This document shows positions 54,005 to 64,000 of a DNA stretch of 64,000 bases, piece after piece. The notes beneath the pieces are model-generated. The model was not told where the DNA came from, did no database searches, and worked only from the letters and a program-made list of their open reading frames with translations. How positions within the stretch are numbered: the stretch's first letter is position 1; the number at the start of each line of letters is the position of its first letter. A program made the translations under genes and the position numbers. The stretch is from positions 83,576,001 to 83,640,000 of the forward strand of contig NC_083283.1 of the NCBI RefSeq assembly GCF_963506605.1, read 5' to 3'. Source of the stretch: Zootoca vivipara (lineage: Eukaryota).

Positions 54005-57000
54005 GAGATGATATTTATTCTTGTCATCTCATTTCTGTTGTCTTTGTCCATGGAGTTTTCTTGGCAGGGATACTGGAGTGGCTTGCCAGTTCCTTCTCCA
54101 GGTGGATCACGTTTAGTCAAAACTCTCCACTATGACCTGTCCATCTTGGGTGGCCCTGCATGGCATAGCTCATAGCTTCTCCGAGTTATTCAAGCCCCTT
54201 CGCCACGACAAGGCATTGATCCATGAAGGGGATCAATGAGATGACAAGAATAAATATCGACATCCTGGGCATCAGTGAACTAAAATGGAAGGGAATGGGC
54301 GAATTCAGTTCGGGTGACTATCATATCTACTACTGTGGGCAAGAATCCTGTAGCAGAAATGGAGTGGCCCTCATAGTCAACAAAAGAGTGGCAAAAGCTG
54401 TAATGGGATGCAATCTCAAAAATGACAGAATGATCTCGATACGAATCCAAGGCAGACCTTTTAACATCACAGTAATCCAAGTTTATGCACCAACTACCGG
54501 TGCTGAAGAAAGTGAAATTGACCAATTCTATGAAGACCTACAACAACTTCTAGAAATGACACCAAAGAAGGATGTTCTTCTCATTACAGGGGATTGGAAT
54601 GCTAAAGTAGGGAATCAAGAGATAAAAGGAACAACTGGCAAGTTTGGCCTTGGAGTTCAAAATGAAGCAGGGCAAAGGCTAATAGAGTTCTGTCAAGAGA
54701 ACAAGCTGGTCATCACAAACACTCTCTTCCAACAACACAAGAGACGACTCTACACATGGATATCACCAAATGGGCAGCATCGAAATCAGATTGATTATAT
54801 TCTCTGCAGCCAAAGATGGAGAAGCTCTATACAGTCAGCAAAAACAAGACCTGGAGCTGACTGTAACTCAGATCATCAGCTTCTTATAGCAAAATTCCAG
54901 CTTAAACTGAAGAAAGTAGGAAAAAGCACTGGGCCAGTAAGATACAATCTGAATCAAATCCCTTATGAATACACAGTGGAAGTGAGGAACAGGTTTAAGG
55001 ATTTAGATTTGGTGGACAGAGTGCCTGAAGAACTATGGATGGAGGCTCGTAACATTATACAGGAGGCAGCAACGAAAACCATCCCAAGGAAAAGGAAATG
55101 CAAGAAAGCAAAATGGCTATCCAACGAGGCCTTACAAATAGCGGAGGAGAGGAGGCAAGCAAAATGCAAGGGAGATAGGGAAAGATACAGGAAACTGAAT
55201 GCAGATTTCCAAAAAACAGCAAGGAGAGACAAGAGGGTCTTCTTAAATGAGCAATGCAAAGAAATAGAGGAAAACAATAGAATGGGGAAAACCAGAGATC
55301 TGTTCAAGAAAATTGGAGATATGAAAGGAACATTTCGTACAAAGATTACCATAATCAAGGACAAAAGTGGTAAGGACCTAACAGAAGCAGAAGACATCAA
55401 GAAGAGGTGGCAGGAATACACAGAGGAATTATACCAGAAAGATATGGAGGTCTCGTACACCCCAGGTAGTGTGGTTGCTGACCTTGAGCCAGACATCTTG
55501 GAGAGTGAAGTCAAATGGGCCTTAGAAAGCACTGCTAATAACAAGGCCAGTGGAAGTGATGGTATTCCAGCTGAACTATTTAAAATTTTAAAAGATGATG
55601 CTGTTAAGGTGCTACACCCAATATGCCAGCAAGTTTGGAAAACTCAGCAATGGCCAGAGGATTGGAGAAGATCAGTCTACATCCCAATTCCAAAGAAGGG
55701 CAGTGCCAAAGAATGCTCCAACTACCGCACAATTGCGCTCATTTCACACACTAGCAAGGTTATGCTTAAAATTCTACAAGGCAGGCTTAGGCAGTATGTG
55801 GACCGAGAACTCCCAGAAGTGCAAGCTGGATTTCGAAAGGGCAGAGGAACCAGAGACCAAATAGCAAACATGCGCTGGATTATGGAGAAAGCTAGAGAGT
55901 TCCAGAAAAACGTCTACTTCTGCTTCATTGACTATGCAAAAGCCTTTGACTGTGTCGACCACAGCAAACTATGGCAAGTTCTTAAAGAAATGGGAGTGCC
56001 TGATCACCTCATCTGTCTCCTGAGAAATCTCTATGTGGGACAAGAAGCTACAGTTAGAACTGGATATGGAACAACTGATTGGTTCAAAATTGGGAAAGAA
56101 GTACGACAAGGTTGTATATTGTCTCCCTGCTTATTTAACTTATATGCAGAATTCATCATGCGAAAGGCTGGACTAGATGAATCCCAAGCAGGAATTAAGA
56201 TTGCCGGAAGAAATATCAACAACCTCAGATATGCAGATGACACAACCTTGATGGCAGAAAGCGAGGAGGAATTAAAGAACCTTTTAATGAGGGTGAAAGA
56301 GGAGAGCGCAAAATATGGTCTGAAGCTCAACATCAAAAAAACCAAGATCATGGCCACTGGTCCCATCACCTCCTGGCAAATAGAAGGGGAAGAAATGGAG
56401 GCAGTGAGAGATTTTACTTTCTTGGGCTCCTTGATCACTGCAGATGGTGACAGCAGTCACGAAATTAAAAGACGCCTGCTTCTTGGGAGAAAAGCAATGA
56501 CAAACCTAGACAGCATCTTAAAAAGCAGAGACATCACTTTGCCGACAAAGGTCCGTATAGTTAAAGCTATGGTTTTCCCAGTAGTGATGTATGGAAGTGA
56601 GAGCTGGACCATAAAGAAGGCTGATCGTCGAAGAATTGATGCTTTTGAATTATGGTGCTGGAGGAGACTCTTGAGAGTCCCATGGACTGCTAGAAGATCA
56701 AACCTATCCATTCTTAAAGAAATCAGCCCTGAGTGCTCCCTGGAAGGACAGATCGTGAAGCTGAGGCTCCAATACTTTGGCCACCTCATGAGAAGAGAAG
56801 AATCCTTGGAAAAGACCCTGATGTTGGGAAAGATGGAGGGCACTAGGAGAAGGGGACGACAGAGGACGAGATGGTTGGACAGTGTTCTCGAAGCTACGAA
56901 CATGAGTTTGACCAAACTGCGGGAGGCAGTGCAAGACAGGAGTGCCTGGCGTGCTATGGTCCATGGGGTCACGAAGAGTCGGACACGACTAAACGACTAA

Positions 57001-57015
57001 ACAACAACAACAACA
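54005..57015 (+). mobile_element. Young RTE-BovB LINE with an inverted 5' end
   Basis: 12-bp TSD ATACTTGTTAAT (53993-54004 and 57016-57027), (CAA)n tail and an open 925-aa ORF. 54034-54231 is the reverse complement of a BovB-type 5' leader. Confidence 0.95.
54223..57000 (+). CDS. BovB endonuclease-reverse transcriptase ORF, N-terminally truncated
   Basis: APE motifs GISELKW, VYAPT, GDWNAKVG, NQIDY and SDH. RT motifs QAGFR, FIDYAKAFD, RQGCILSP and YADD. C-terminus AMVHGVTKSRTRLND. Confidence 0.9.
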   Translation: MKGINEMTRINIDILGISELKWKGMGEFSSGDYHIYYCGQESCSRNGVALIVNKRVAKAVMGCNLKNDRMISIRIQGRPFNITVIQVYAPTTGAEESEIDQFYEDLQQLLEMTPKKDVLLITGDWNAKVGNQEIKGTTGKFGLGVQNEAGQRLIEFCQENKLVITNTLFQQHKRRLYTWISPNGQHRNQIDYILCSQRWRSSIQSAKTRPGADCNSDHQLLIAKFQLKLKKVGKSTGPVRYNLNQIPYEYTVEVRNRFKDLDLVDRVPEELWMEARNIIQEAATKTIPRKRKCKKAKWLSNEALQIAEERRQAKCKGDRERYRKLNADFQKTARRDKRVFLNEQCKEIEENNRMGKTRDLFKKIGDMKGTFRTKITIIKDKSGKDLTEAEDIKKRWQEYTEELYQKDMEVSYTPGSVVADLEPDILESEVKWALESTANNKASGSDGIPAELFKILKDDAVKVLHPICQQVWKTQQWPEDWRRSVYIPIPKKGSAKECSNYRTIALISHTSKVMLKILQGRLRQYVDRELPEVQAGFRKGRGTRDQIANMRWIMEKAREFQKNVYFCFIDYAKAFDCVDHSKLWQVLKEMGVPDHLICLLRNLYVGQEATVRTGYGTTDWFKIGKEVRQGCILSPCLFNLYAEFIMRKAGLDESQAGIKIAGRNINNLRYADDTTLMAESEEELKNLLMRVKEESAKYGLKLNIKKTKIMATGPITSWQIEGEEMEAVRDFTFLGSLITADGDSSHEIKRRLLLGRKAMTNLDSILKSRDITLPTKVRIVKAMVFPVVMYGSESWTIKKADRRRIDAFELWCWRRLLRVPWTARRSNLSILKEISPECSLEGQIVKLRLQYFGHLMRREESLEKTLMLGKMEGTRRRGRQRTRWLDSVLEATNMSLTKLREAVQDRSAWRAMVHGVTKSRTRLND

Positions 57016-57384
57016 ATACTTGTTAATCTGTCTTTAAAAATATTGATGGGATAATTTTCTCTTTTGTTCTTTATTTAATAATTGAGTATTTTTGATGGTT
57101 TATTACTCAAGTTAAATCATTTTTGCTTTAAAAACAATTGAAACATTTTCTTATTTTTGAACTCATAATAACTCTAACTCTTGTTTAACCCCTACAAACT
57201 GTTCATATATTTGTGGACCTCTGTGTTTATGAGATTGCTCTAATGCATGAATGATATATATGAATTACATATATAATGTAAGCTATCCTAGCATCCCAGT
57301 AGGCCATGTCACCTCTGGGGTATCATTCCTTTCCAATATTATTGTATTTCCTGATGGTTAGTATTTAATAATTCCGAATAATTC

Positions 57385-57596
57385 AGGTAAAGGTAAAGGA
57401 CCCCTGACAGTTAAGTTCAGTCGCAGACGACTCTGGGGTTGCAGCACTCCTCTTGCTTTACTGGCCGAGGGAGCTGGCATACAGCTTTCGGGTCATGTGG
57501 CCAGCATGACTAAGCCGCTTCTGGTGAAACCAGAGCAGCGCACAGAAATGCTGTTTACCTTCCTGCCGGAGCGGTACCTGTTTATTACTTGCACTT
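57385..57596 (-). mobile_element. Sauria SINE (Squam1), 5'-truncated
   Basis: Minus-strand (CCTTTA) tail and body ggtaccgctccggc..gaaggtaaac..agaagcggcttagtcatgctggccacatgacc. Confidence 0.85.
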
Positions 57597-58332
57597 ATTT
57601 TTATCCATTCCCTTAGAATACACACATTAGCAGCATATAACATAGGCTCTATTTTAACTTCCATTATTTGTTTCAAGACCAAATCTGTACTTCCTTTTTT
57701 ATATCCTTTGGGTTATCACATTTCTGTATAATTTTATCTTCATTTCTTTCATAGTAACCTACTAAGATTGTGTCTTTTGTGCATCTCTGATGTACCTTTC
57801 CTTGTTGATTTCTGTTTCCTTTCCCCTTTCAAGATTTTTAAATTTCATTATATTTCCTTTTATCTAACCCATTAACTAGCTCAGTAATAGTAGTCATTAC
57901 ATATGTTAATTCCCCATAATCTCAAACCTCACTACCAGGAGGACAGGAAGTCTTGCTAAATTGTCCTTGAATCTGTTATAGCTAGTGTGTGTATATATAT
58001 ATATATATATTATTCCATTTATTCTTTCCCTCCCCTTTCATTTTATATGGCTGTATTATCTCCATTAATTTTATAATTTTCAGCTGTTCCCATATATTTC
58101 AAAACAGTTACATTCTACACTTCCATCTTCTATATATCAAACACAAATACACACACACATTTGAGGGTACAGTTTTGACATCTATAATTAGACATGTCTA
58201 CATGTTGATATCTAGAAACTTTGGAGATGGATTGTCAATATCCTTTAAGCATCAAAGGAGGGTAAGAAGTGAATGAAAAGAATATGACCAATCTCTTCCT
58301 GGAAAACCAAACAGTGAATGAAGTTACAGTTA

Positions 58333-58480
58333 TGTAGCCATGTTGATCTGCTGTAGTCGAAACAAAATAAAATAATTCCTTCCAGTAGCACCTTAGAGAC
58401 CAACTAAGTTTGTTATTGGTATGAGCTTTCGTGTGCATGCACACTTCTTCAGATACACTGAAACAGAAGTCATCAGACCC
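58333..58480. mobile_element. Penelope-like terminal fragment
   Basis: Near-identical to 49166-49308. Confidence 0.7.
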
Positions 58481-58559
58481 TTATATATAGTGAATGAAGT
58501 GTCCTGGCTGTGTGTGTTTCAGATACATGGACATAAAGAGAATCAGTAGAAGTATAGAG

Positions 58560-58600
58560 GGGAGAGAGAGAGAGAGAGAAAGAGAAAGAGGAATAGAAAA

Positions 58601-58632
<32 letters not shown>

Positions 58633-58670
58633 GAAGAGAGAGAGAGAGGAAGAGGAAAAAAGAAAGAGTG
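58560..58670 (+). repeat. (GA)n purine-rich microsatellite
   Basis: Seen directly in the sequence. Confidence 0.9.
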
Positions 58671-58739
58671 AGGAAAAGTTAAGGAGCTAAAGAATTTCTC
58701 ATTCTTGGTCTGTCTGCTATTTATAAATATTATTCACTA

Positions 58740-60400
58740 CATCCACTCCTGTGTGACACCTAATAAAGCCACTTTCTATAAACCATTATCTTCAGTTCTC
58801 AAATCCAATGTCATTACGGTATATATTTTTCTTTTTCACACAAAAAGTCTATAAGAGGTTTCCTGTCTTTAGCAAATGTAAACTATAGCTTTTCCTTTAT
58901 TAAACATGTCAATTTCACCATCTCAGCTAGGTTCATTAATTTTAACAACCATTTCTCAATTTTTCGTAATAACGAATCTTTCCATCTTTGGTGCATATAA
59001 AGTCTTAACACCTTAATCATATATGGAAGCAAAGTTCCATAGTCTTTTTCCAACTGTATTTCCATAAGCCCCAGCAGAAAGAGTTCTGGTTTCAATTGAA
59101 AGTTAATCTTTAAAATTCTCTGTATCAATGTATGTATTGATATCCAATATTTTTTGTATCCAATATTTTTTCCACTAATCATGATAAGATGTCCCTCCAT
59201 GTTCTTTACATTTCCAACAAGTATTTGGAGTAATTTTTTTAAATACATTTTAAATAATTTCTCAGGAGTTAATTACCAATGGTACATCATTTTATAATAA
59301 AAAAACTTCTTTATGTCATAACACAGTGTATATTTTAACACTTTAGTCTACATTTGTTCCCACTGAACAAAAAAAGACAAATTTTAGAATTATCTGTATA
59401 TTATACCCAAAATTTCTTGCCCATTTAATCATGCATTCTTTAACTTTTTAGTCTTCCATATCCAGTTTCAACAATTATTTATACACTTTCGCAATAACAT
59501 GTTCCTCATCTGTACACATCTGTATTTCAAAATTTGTCTTTTTTTGTTCTGTACCTAAAATCTTTTCCCCCAACTTAAATCTCTCAGTTAGTTGTAGAAG
59601 AGCAAACCATTAGAGACTCTACTCTTCTCTTGTTAATTGTTCCCTTGCTTTAATTCTGCAGTCCCCTTGACTCCACGCTAATAATTCTAGATAGATTGGC
59701 CATCTCTCTTTACCTGTCACCTCTTTTCTATGAAATGCTTCTTATGTTGAGATCCATAAAGGTATCTTTGTATAGAACCTAGGTTTTTATCTATTCCAGA
59801 CTCTCAATATAGCACATCTAACAAAATAATTTTAAAACTCCACAATAACTTTAACCTTGTCATATCACAGATACCCAAACCTTAAATTGTGACCTTCTAA
59901 TTCCAAAATTCTCTTATTTTTTGAAGGCCACTCACTCCTTCATCCAAACTGAGCAACAGTTTGGATGAAGGAGTGAGTACAATTTCAAGTCCGGCAATTT
60001 CAAGTCAGGCAAAGTACAATTTGAAGTCAGGCAAGCACAGTCTTCCCTCTTTCCTTCACCTATTGCAGTACTTCCATTTTAGCTCATGTTTTTTTTACCT
60101 TGCCATAAAAGCTTAGATATTTTTTTTGGTATTCTTTAAACAGCAAGTCATTATTCACAATAGGTATTGTTTGAAATAAAAACATCATTGCAGGCAGAAC
60201 ACTCGGTTTTATCACTGAAATTCTACCAAGCAGTGACAATTTTAATTTCTCCCATCTTGATTTGTTTTTGATTTCAGCCCATGTTTTAACATAATTATTT
60301 TGAAATAACACACAGTTCATATTCGTCATAGTGATGCCCGAGTATTCAACTCCCCCCACTAGTTGAAATCCTGTTTTCTTCATCAATTTGAACTGCTGTT
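58740..60400 (-). mobile_element. Old degenerate L1 ORF2 3' part
   Basis: Remnant ORFs WEKLKLSLLGRISVIK..VLP.MMFLFQTIP and LKPELFLLGL. It ends at the start of the younger L1. Confidence 0.8.
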
Positions 60401-61415
60401 TTCTTGTCATATTCTTGTCATATTCTTGTCATGACTTCCGGTTTTGACCGCGGATCGTGATCGGGCTAAAAACGGGAGCTCTGCGGCCCCGAATCTTTCG
60501 CTGGAGGAACGGGGGGCTTGCAAGGCTAGGCAGCACCCCAAAGAAGGACTGGAAGGTGATTCCCGTCTGAGGTGTCGGTGGTTCCCTAAAGTTTCTCCCG
60601 GAAACCTTCGCAGACTGCAGAAGGAGGGGGAGAAGCTGGGCACTGCGACAGCATGAGAACAGAGACCATAACCAGCAAGAGCCGTAACCCGACGCGATCG
60701 TGCACGGTAAAATTCCTTTTAATTAAACCCTTTTAACAAGACATCCCCGGGGCGTGAGAGAGAGACAGTACGGTGATCTAAAGAAATCTGAGAAGAATCC
60801 CCCCCACCGAATTGGACTCAAAAACCGGAGAAGTTAAAGAGAAAAGTGGGGTGTGGGAAGGACTGCGATAAGACGTAGAGCGCTATGCAGAAGACGCCGC
60901 CGGGGCTTTAATTCATAATTGCCAAACTGGGGACAAACTAAATTATAAAGAAGCAAGGAACCGGCTGAACTCTGATTTGATTTGAAGTACATACATTACA
61001 GATAGAACGTGAGTCTTTTTTTTTTATTATTGTAAGAACTGAGTTTGGAGGGGGTGAAAGAAAGATTTGTTTTGACTCTCCTATGAGTGGTTGCCTCCTG
61101 GGAAACTTTTTATAAGCTACTTTTTAGAAGCAGTTGCAACCCTCTATATTAAAGAAACTTGAAATAAAATGGCGACGATCCTCTAAACAAGCTTATGACT
61201 AAGCAGACAAGGATATAAAGAAACTAGAAGTGACGCAATCTGAGTGAGAAGAATTTAAAGAACACGCTGACCTACGGAAAATCTATAATAGACTATACCA
61301 TAGTGACCCCTAGTGGTGACATAAATTCCAACTGACAAAATACCCACTTAAAATAGACATTGAAGCAAAGGGCAACCGTGTGGATAAGAGAAACATAGCA
61401 GGGCAATATAACAAA

Positions 61416-62567
61416 ATGGAGAATCTAGTAGGACAACATAATAAATTGGATAAGCCAACATGTAAGTCACCCAAATTGGATAAGCAAAAGAGGACAAACA
61501 TAGGAAGCTCTAATCAGAGAAGGACTTCAACAGCAGATCACGAGCTGGATCTCAAAGAACTGATTCTAAGTCTTAAAAACGATATAGGAGAAATTAAACA
61601 AGACCTCAAAAATGACATAGGGAAGATTAGACAAGATTTAACAGAAATCAAAAAGGAAATGGGTGAAAGGATCAAGAATATGGAAGACAAAATGGAAAAT
61701 TTGGAAGGAAAAATGGAGATTAATGAAAAGGATAAACAAGAGATCAAAGAACAAATAAATAGGACAGAAGAAAATACTAAGAAAGCAATGGAATTGATCC
61801 AGGAGACACAAGACAAGAATCAAACACTGGAATCATCATTGAAAAATATATCGAAAGAAAGGAGAGAGGGGAAGAAAGAGACTGAAAAATTAAAGAAAGA
61901 CCTGGAAGATCAGAAAGCAGCATTGGAAGCGTCACAAGATGCTCTCGCGATGATGCAGATGAAAATTAAGGAGAAGACTCTCAGATTTAGAAATATCCCA
62001 GAAACACCCAATGAAGAAATTGAAAAACGAATTGTAAGCGCACTAGCAAAATGGTTAGATCTTGAAGAATTGGATGTCGAAACGCGAATAGAGGAAGCCT
62101 TCAGAGTTAATTCAAAAAAAGCGAAAGAAAATAATTGGCCAGGAGACTGTCTTGTGACATTTACAAATATGTGGCTGAGAAATAAAATCTTAAAAATGAA
62201 AGGAAAAAAGAAACTAATTATGAATGAAACCGAGATATACATCATGAAAGAAATTCCACCTCGGCTGATCCACAAGAGGAAGAAATACCAGTTTCTAGCC
62301 AAGCCTCTAAAAGCAAAAAAAATATCCTTTAAATGGGAATATCCAGAAGGAATAGCTTTTTCCTTCAAAGGAAGGTGGAGAAGATTCGACACACAAGAAG
62401 CAGCGGACAGATTTTTAAGAACTTATTCTCAGGAACTGGGAGGAGACAAAGCAAGGACAATCAAAGATAAGACCCCTTTAAATGAAGAAAATTTGGAAGA
62501 TTCCAGCGTAGATGAACTTGATGGTGAAATAGAAGATGGAGAGGTAGATGAAGGAGAAGAAAATTAA
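61416..62567 (+). CDS. L1 ORF1p (coiled coil, RRM, CTD, acidic tail)
   Basis: First ATG at 61416 within ORF 61380-62567. Heptad repeats, LRFRNIPE and FKWEYPEG. Confidence 0.85.
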   Translation: MENLVGQHNKLDKPTCKSPKLDKQKRTNIGSSNQRRTSTADHELDLKELILSLKNDIGEIKQDLKNDIGKIRQDLTEIKKEMGERIKNMEDKMENLEGKMEINEKDKQEIKEQINRTEENTKKAMELIQETQDKNQTLESSLKNISKERREGKKETEKLKKDLEDQKAALEASQDALAMMQMKIKEKTLRFRNIPETPNEEIEKRIVSALAKWLDLEELDVETRIEEAFRVNSKKAKENNWPGDCLVTFTNMWLRNKILKMKGKKKLIMNETEIYIMKEIPPRLIHKRKKYQFLAKPLKAKKISFKWEYPEGIAFSFKGRWRRFDTQEAADRFLRTYSQELGGDKARTIKDKTPLNEENLEDSSVDELDGEIEDGEVDEGEEN

Positions 62568-62890
62568 GTGGAAGTATGATTGACAACTGTAAATAAAATT
62601 TGATTTAGACTGCTAATGTTGTAAATCATAACTGAGAGCCTGACCAGACAAGTCACTTCAAGAGAAATATTGATTAATGAATTTCCTTGAGCCTGCTTAG
62701 TCTAAACATTTGGTTGTTTTTTGCTCTTTTTTTCTCTCTTCCCCTTTTTTCTCCTTCCCTCATCCCCCCTTTCTCCCCCTCCCTTCCGTCCCCCACCCCT
62801 TCCCCCCTTTTTTTCTTTTCTTCTTTTCTTTTCTTCTTTTTTTTCTTTTTTTTTCTTTTCTTCTAAATTGATCTATAATATCTAATAAAT

Positions 62891-64000
62891 ATGAACTTAA
62901 GAACAATTTCATGGAATGTAAATGGCCTGAATAATAAAAGGAAACGGAATAGGGTGGGACATATATTAAGAAAACAGAATTGGGATGTGGTTTGTCTCCA
63001 AGAGACGCACATTAACAAAAAACATGTGAGAATTTTGAAAAACGAGAAATTAGGATCAGAATTTGTGGCGGCAGATACAAAAAAGAAGAGAGGAGTCGTG
63101 ATGTATATTAAAAATAAATGGAATCCGGAATTAATCTGGACAGACAGAGAGGGAAGGAGTGTTATGGTCAAAACAACGATTGAAGGAGAACAATGGTTTT
63201 GGGTGGGGATTTACGCCCCCAATGGGAGTAAAACGGCCTTCTTGAAAAGCTTGGAGACCCAGTTAATGGATTATATGAGTGAAAAAATAATTGTAATGGG
63301 AGATATGAATGGAGTCGTTGATGTAGAATTAGATAAAAATGGAAGCTATAAAGGAAATAAGACAAAATTACCAAAAAAGTTTATGGATATTATGGAAAAT
63401 TTAAATCTATTAGACGCATGGAGACACAAAAATCCCATTAAAAAAAGAATATACACACATTTCGGCGCGTCACCAAACAGCCAGCAGATTAGACACTATA
63501 TGGATTCCTAAAGAATTGGCACTAAGAATACATAAAATAGAAATAAGACCCCAGACCCTCTCGGATCATAATCCAGTGACCCTCTCATTAAAAAATGAAC
63601 AAACACAAAAAAACTGGAGGCTTAACGTCTTCATGTTAAACAATAATAAGAACATTCAGGGGGCCAAGAAAGTCCTAAAAGAGTATTTTGAGTTAAACCA
63701 TAAGGATGAGGTGGATCCCCTAACGGTATGGGACGCGGGCAAAGCCGTGGTACGTGGTTATTTTATTTCATTAAATGCAAAAGTAAGGAAAGACAGAGAA
63801 CAAAGGAAAGAAAAACTCCTACAGGAGATAAAATACAAAGAGAAAATATTTTATAAAAACCATAACAAGTCAGTGGAACAAGATCTCAAAATATTGAGAT
63901 TGGAATTCGAAAAATTAATTGATAAAGAAATGGAACAACAGATACAATTCTGGAGATATAAAAACTTCGAATGGGCCAATAAACCTAGTAAACTGCTGAC
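62891..64000 (+). pseudogene. L1 ORF2 endonuclease region with one frameshift in the A7 run at 63440-63446
   Basis: ISWNVNGL, CLQETH, IYAPN and GDMN. After removing one A the frame continues SRLDTIW..LSDHNPV..WRLN..WDAGKAVVRG. Confidence 0.8.

Larger units (their letters stand above)
60433..64000 (+). mobile_element. Young L1 with an intact 5' end (5' UTR, ORF1, ORF2 start), continuing past the window end
   Basis: GACTTCCGG 5' terminus, CpG-rich 5' UTR, ORF1, pyrimidine-rich spacer and ORF2 APE domain. Confidence 0.93.

Noticed and set aside
45700-64000. Pcdh-alpha constant exons or a REST/NRSE site
   Set aside because: Searched by eye for PRQPNPDWRYS, the Lys-rich alpha tail and TCAGCACCnnGGACAG, and found none.

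Overview
Vertebrate genomic DNA from a squamate reptile, probably a lacertid lizard (inferred from Sauria/Squam-type SINEs, BovB, CR1, L2 and Penelope repeats). Bases 1-45.4 kb hold eight tandem minus-strand clustered protocadherin-beta-type variable exons (signal peptide, EC1-EC6, TM, beta-type cytoplasmic motif). Six are complete, one is cut by the window edge and one is frameshifted. They form two subfamilies (A and B) that alternate along the array, and each has a CTCF/CSE-like site 205-290 bp upstream of its ATG. All seven visible 3' ends carry a phase-0 GT splice donor at the same codon, with no conserved stop codon. This suggests these beta genes splice to shared constant exons, unlike the single-exon mammalian PCDHB genes. 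Two transposons insert oppositely oriented CTCF motifs into the array. Bases 45.7-64 kb lack Pcdh genes and are rich in transposons: a Gypsy remnant, CR1, a young BovB with an inverted 5' end, and a young L1 adjoining an old one. All calls were made by eye without database searches. Genes are labelled G1-G8 from left to right.
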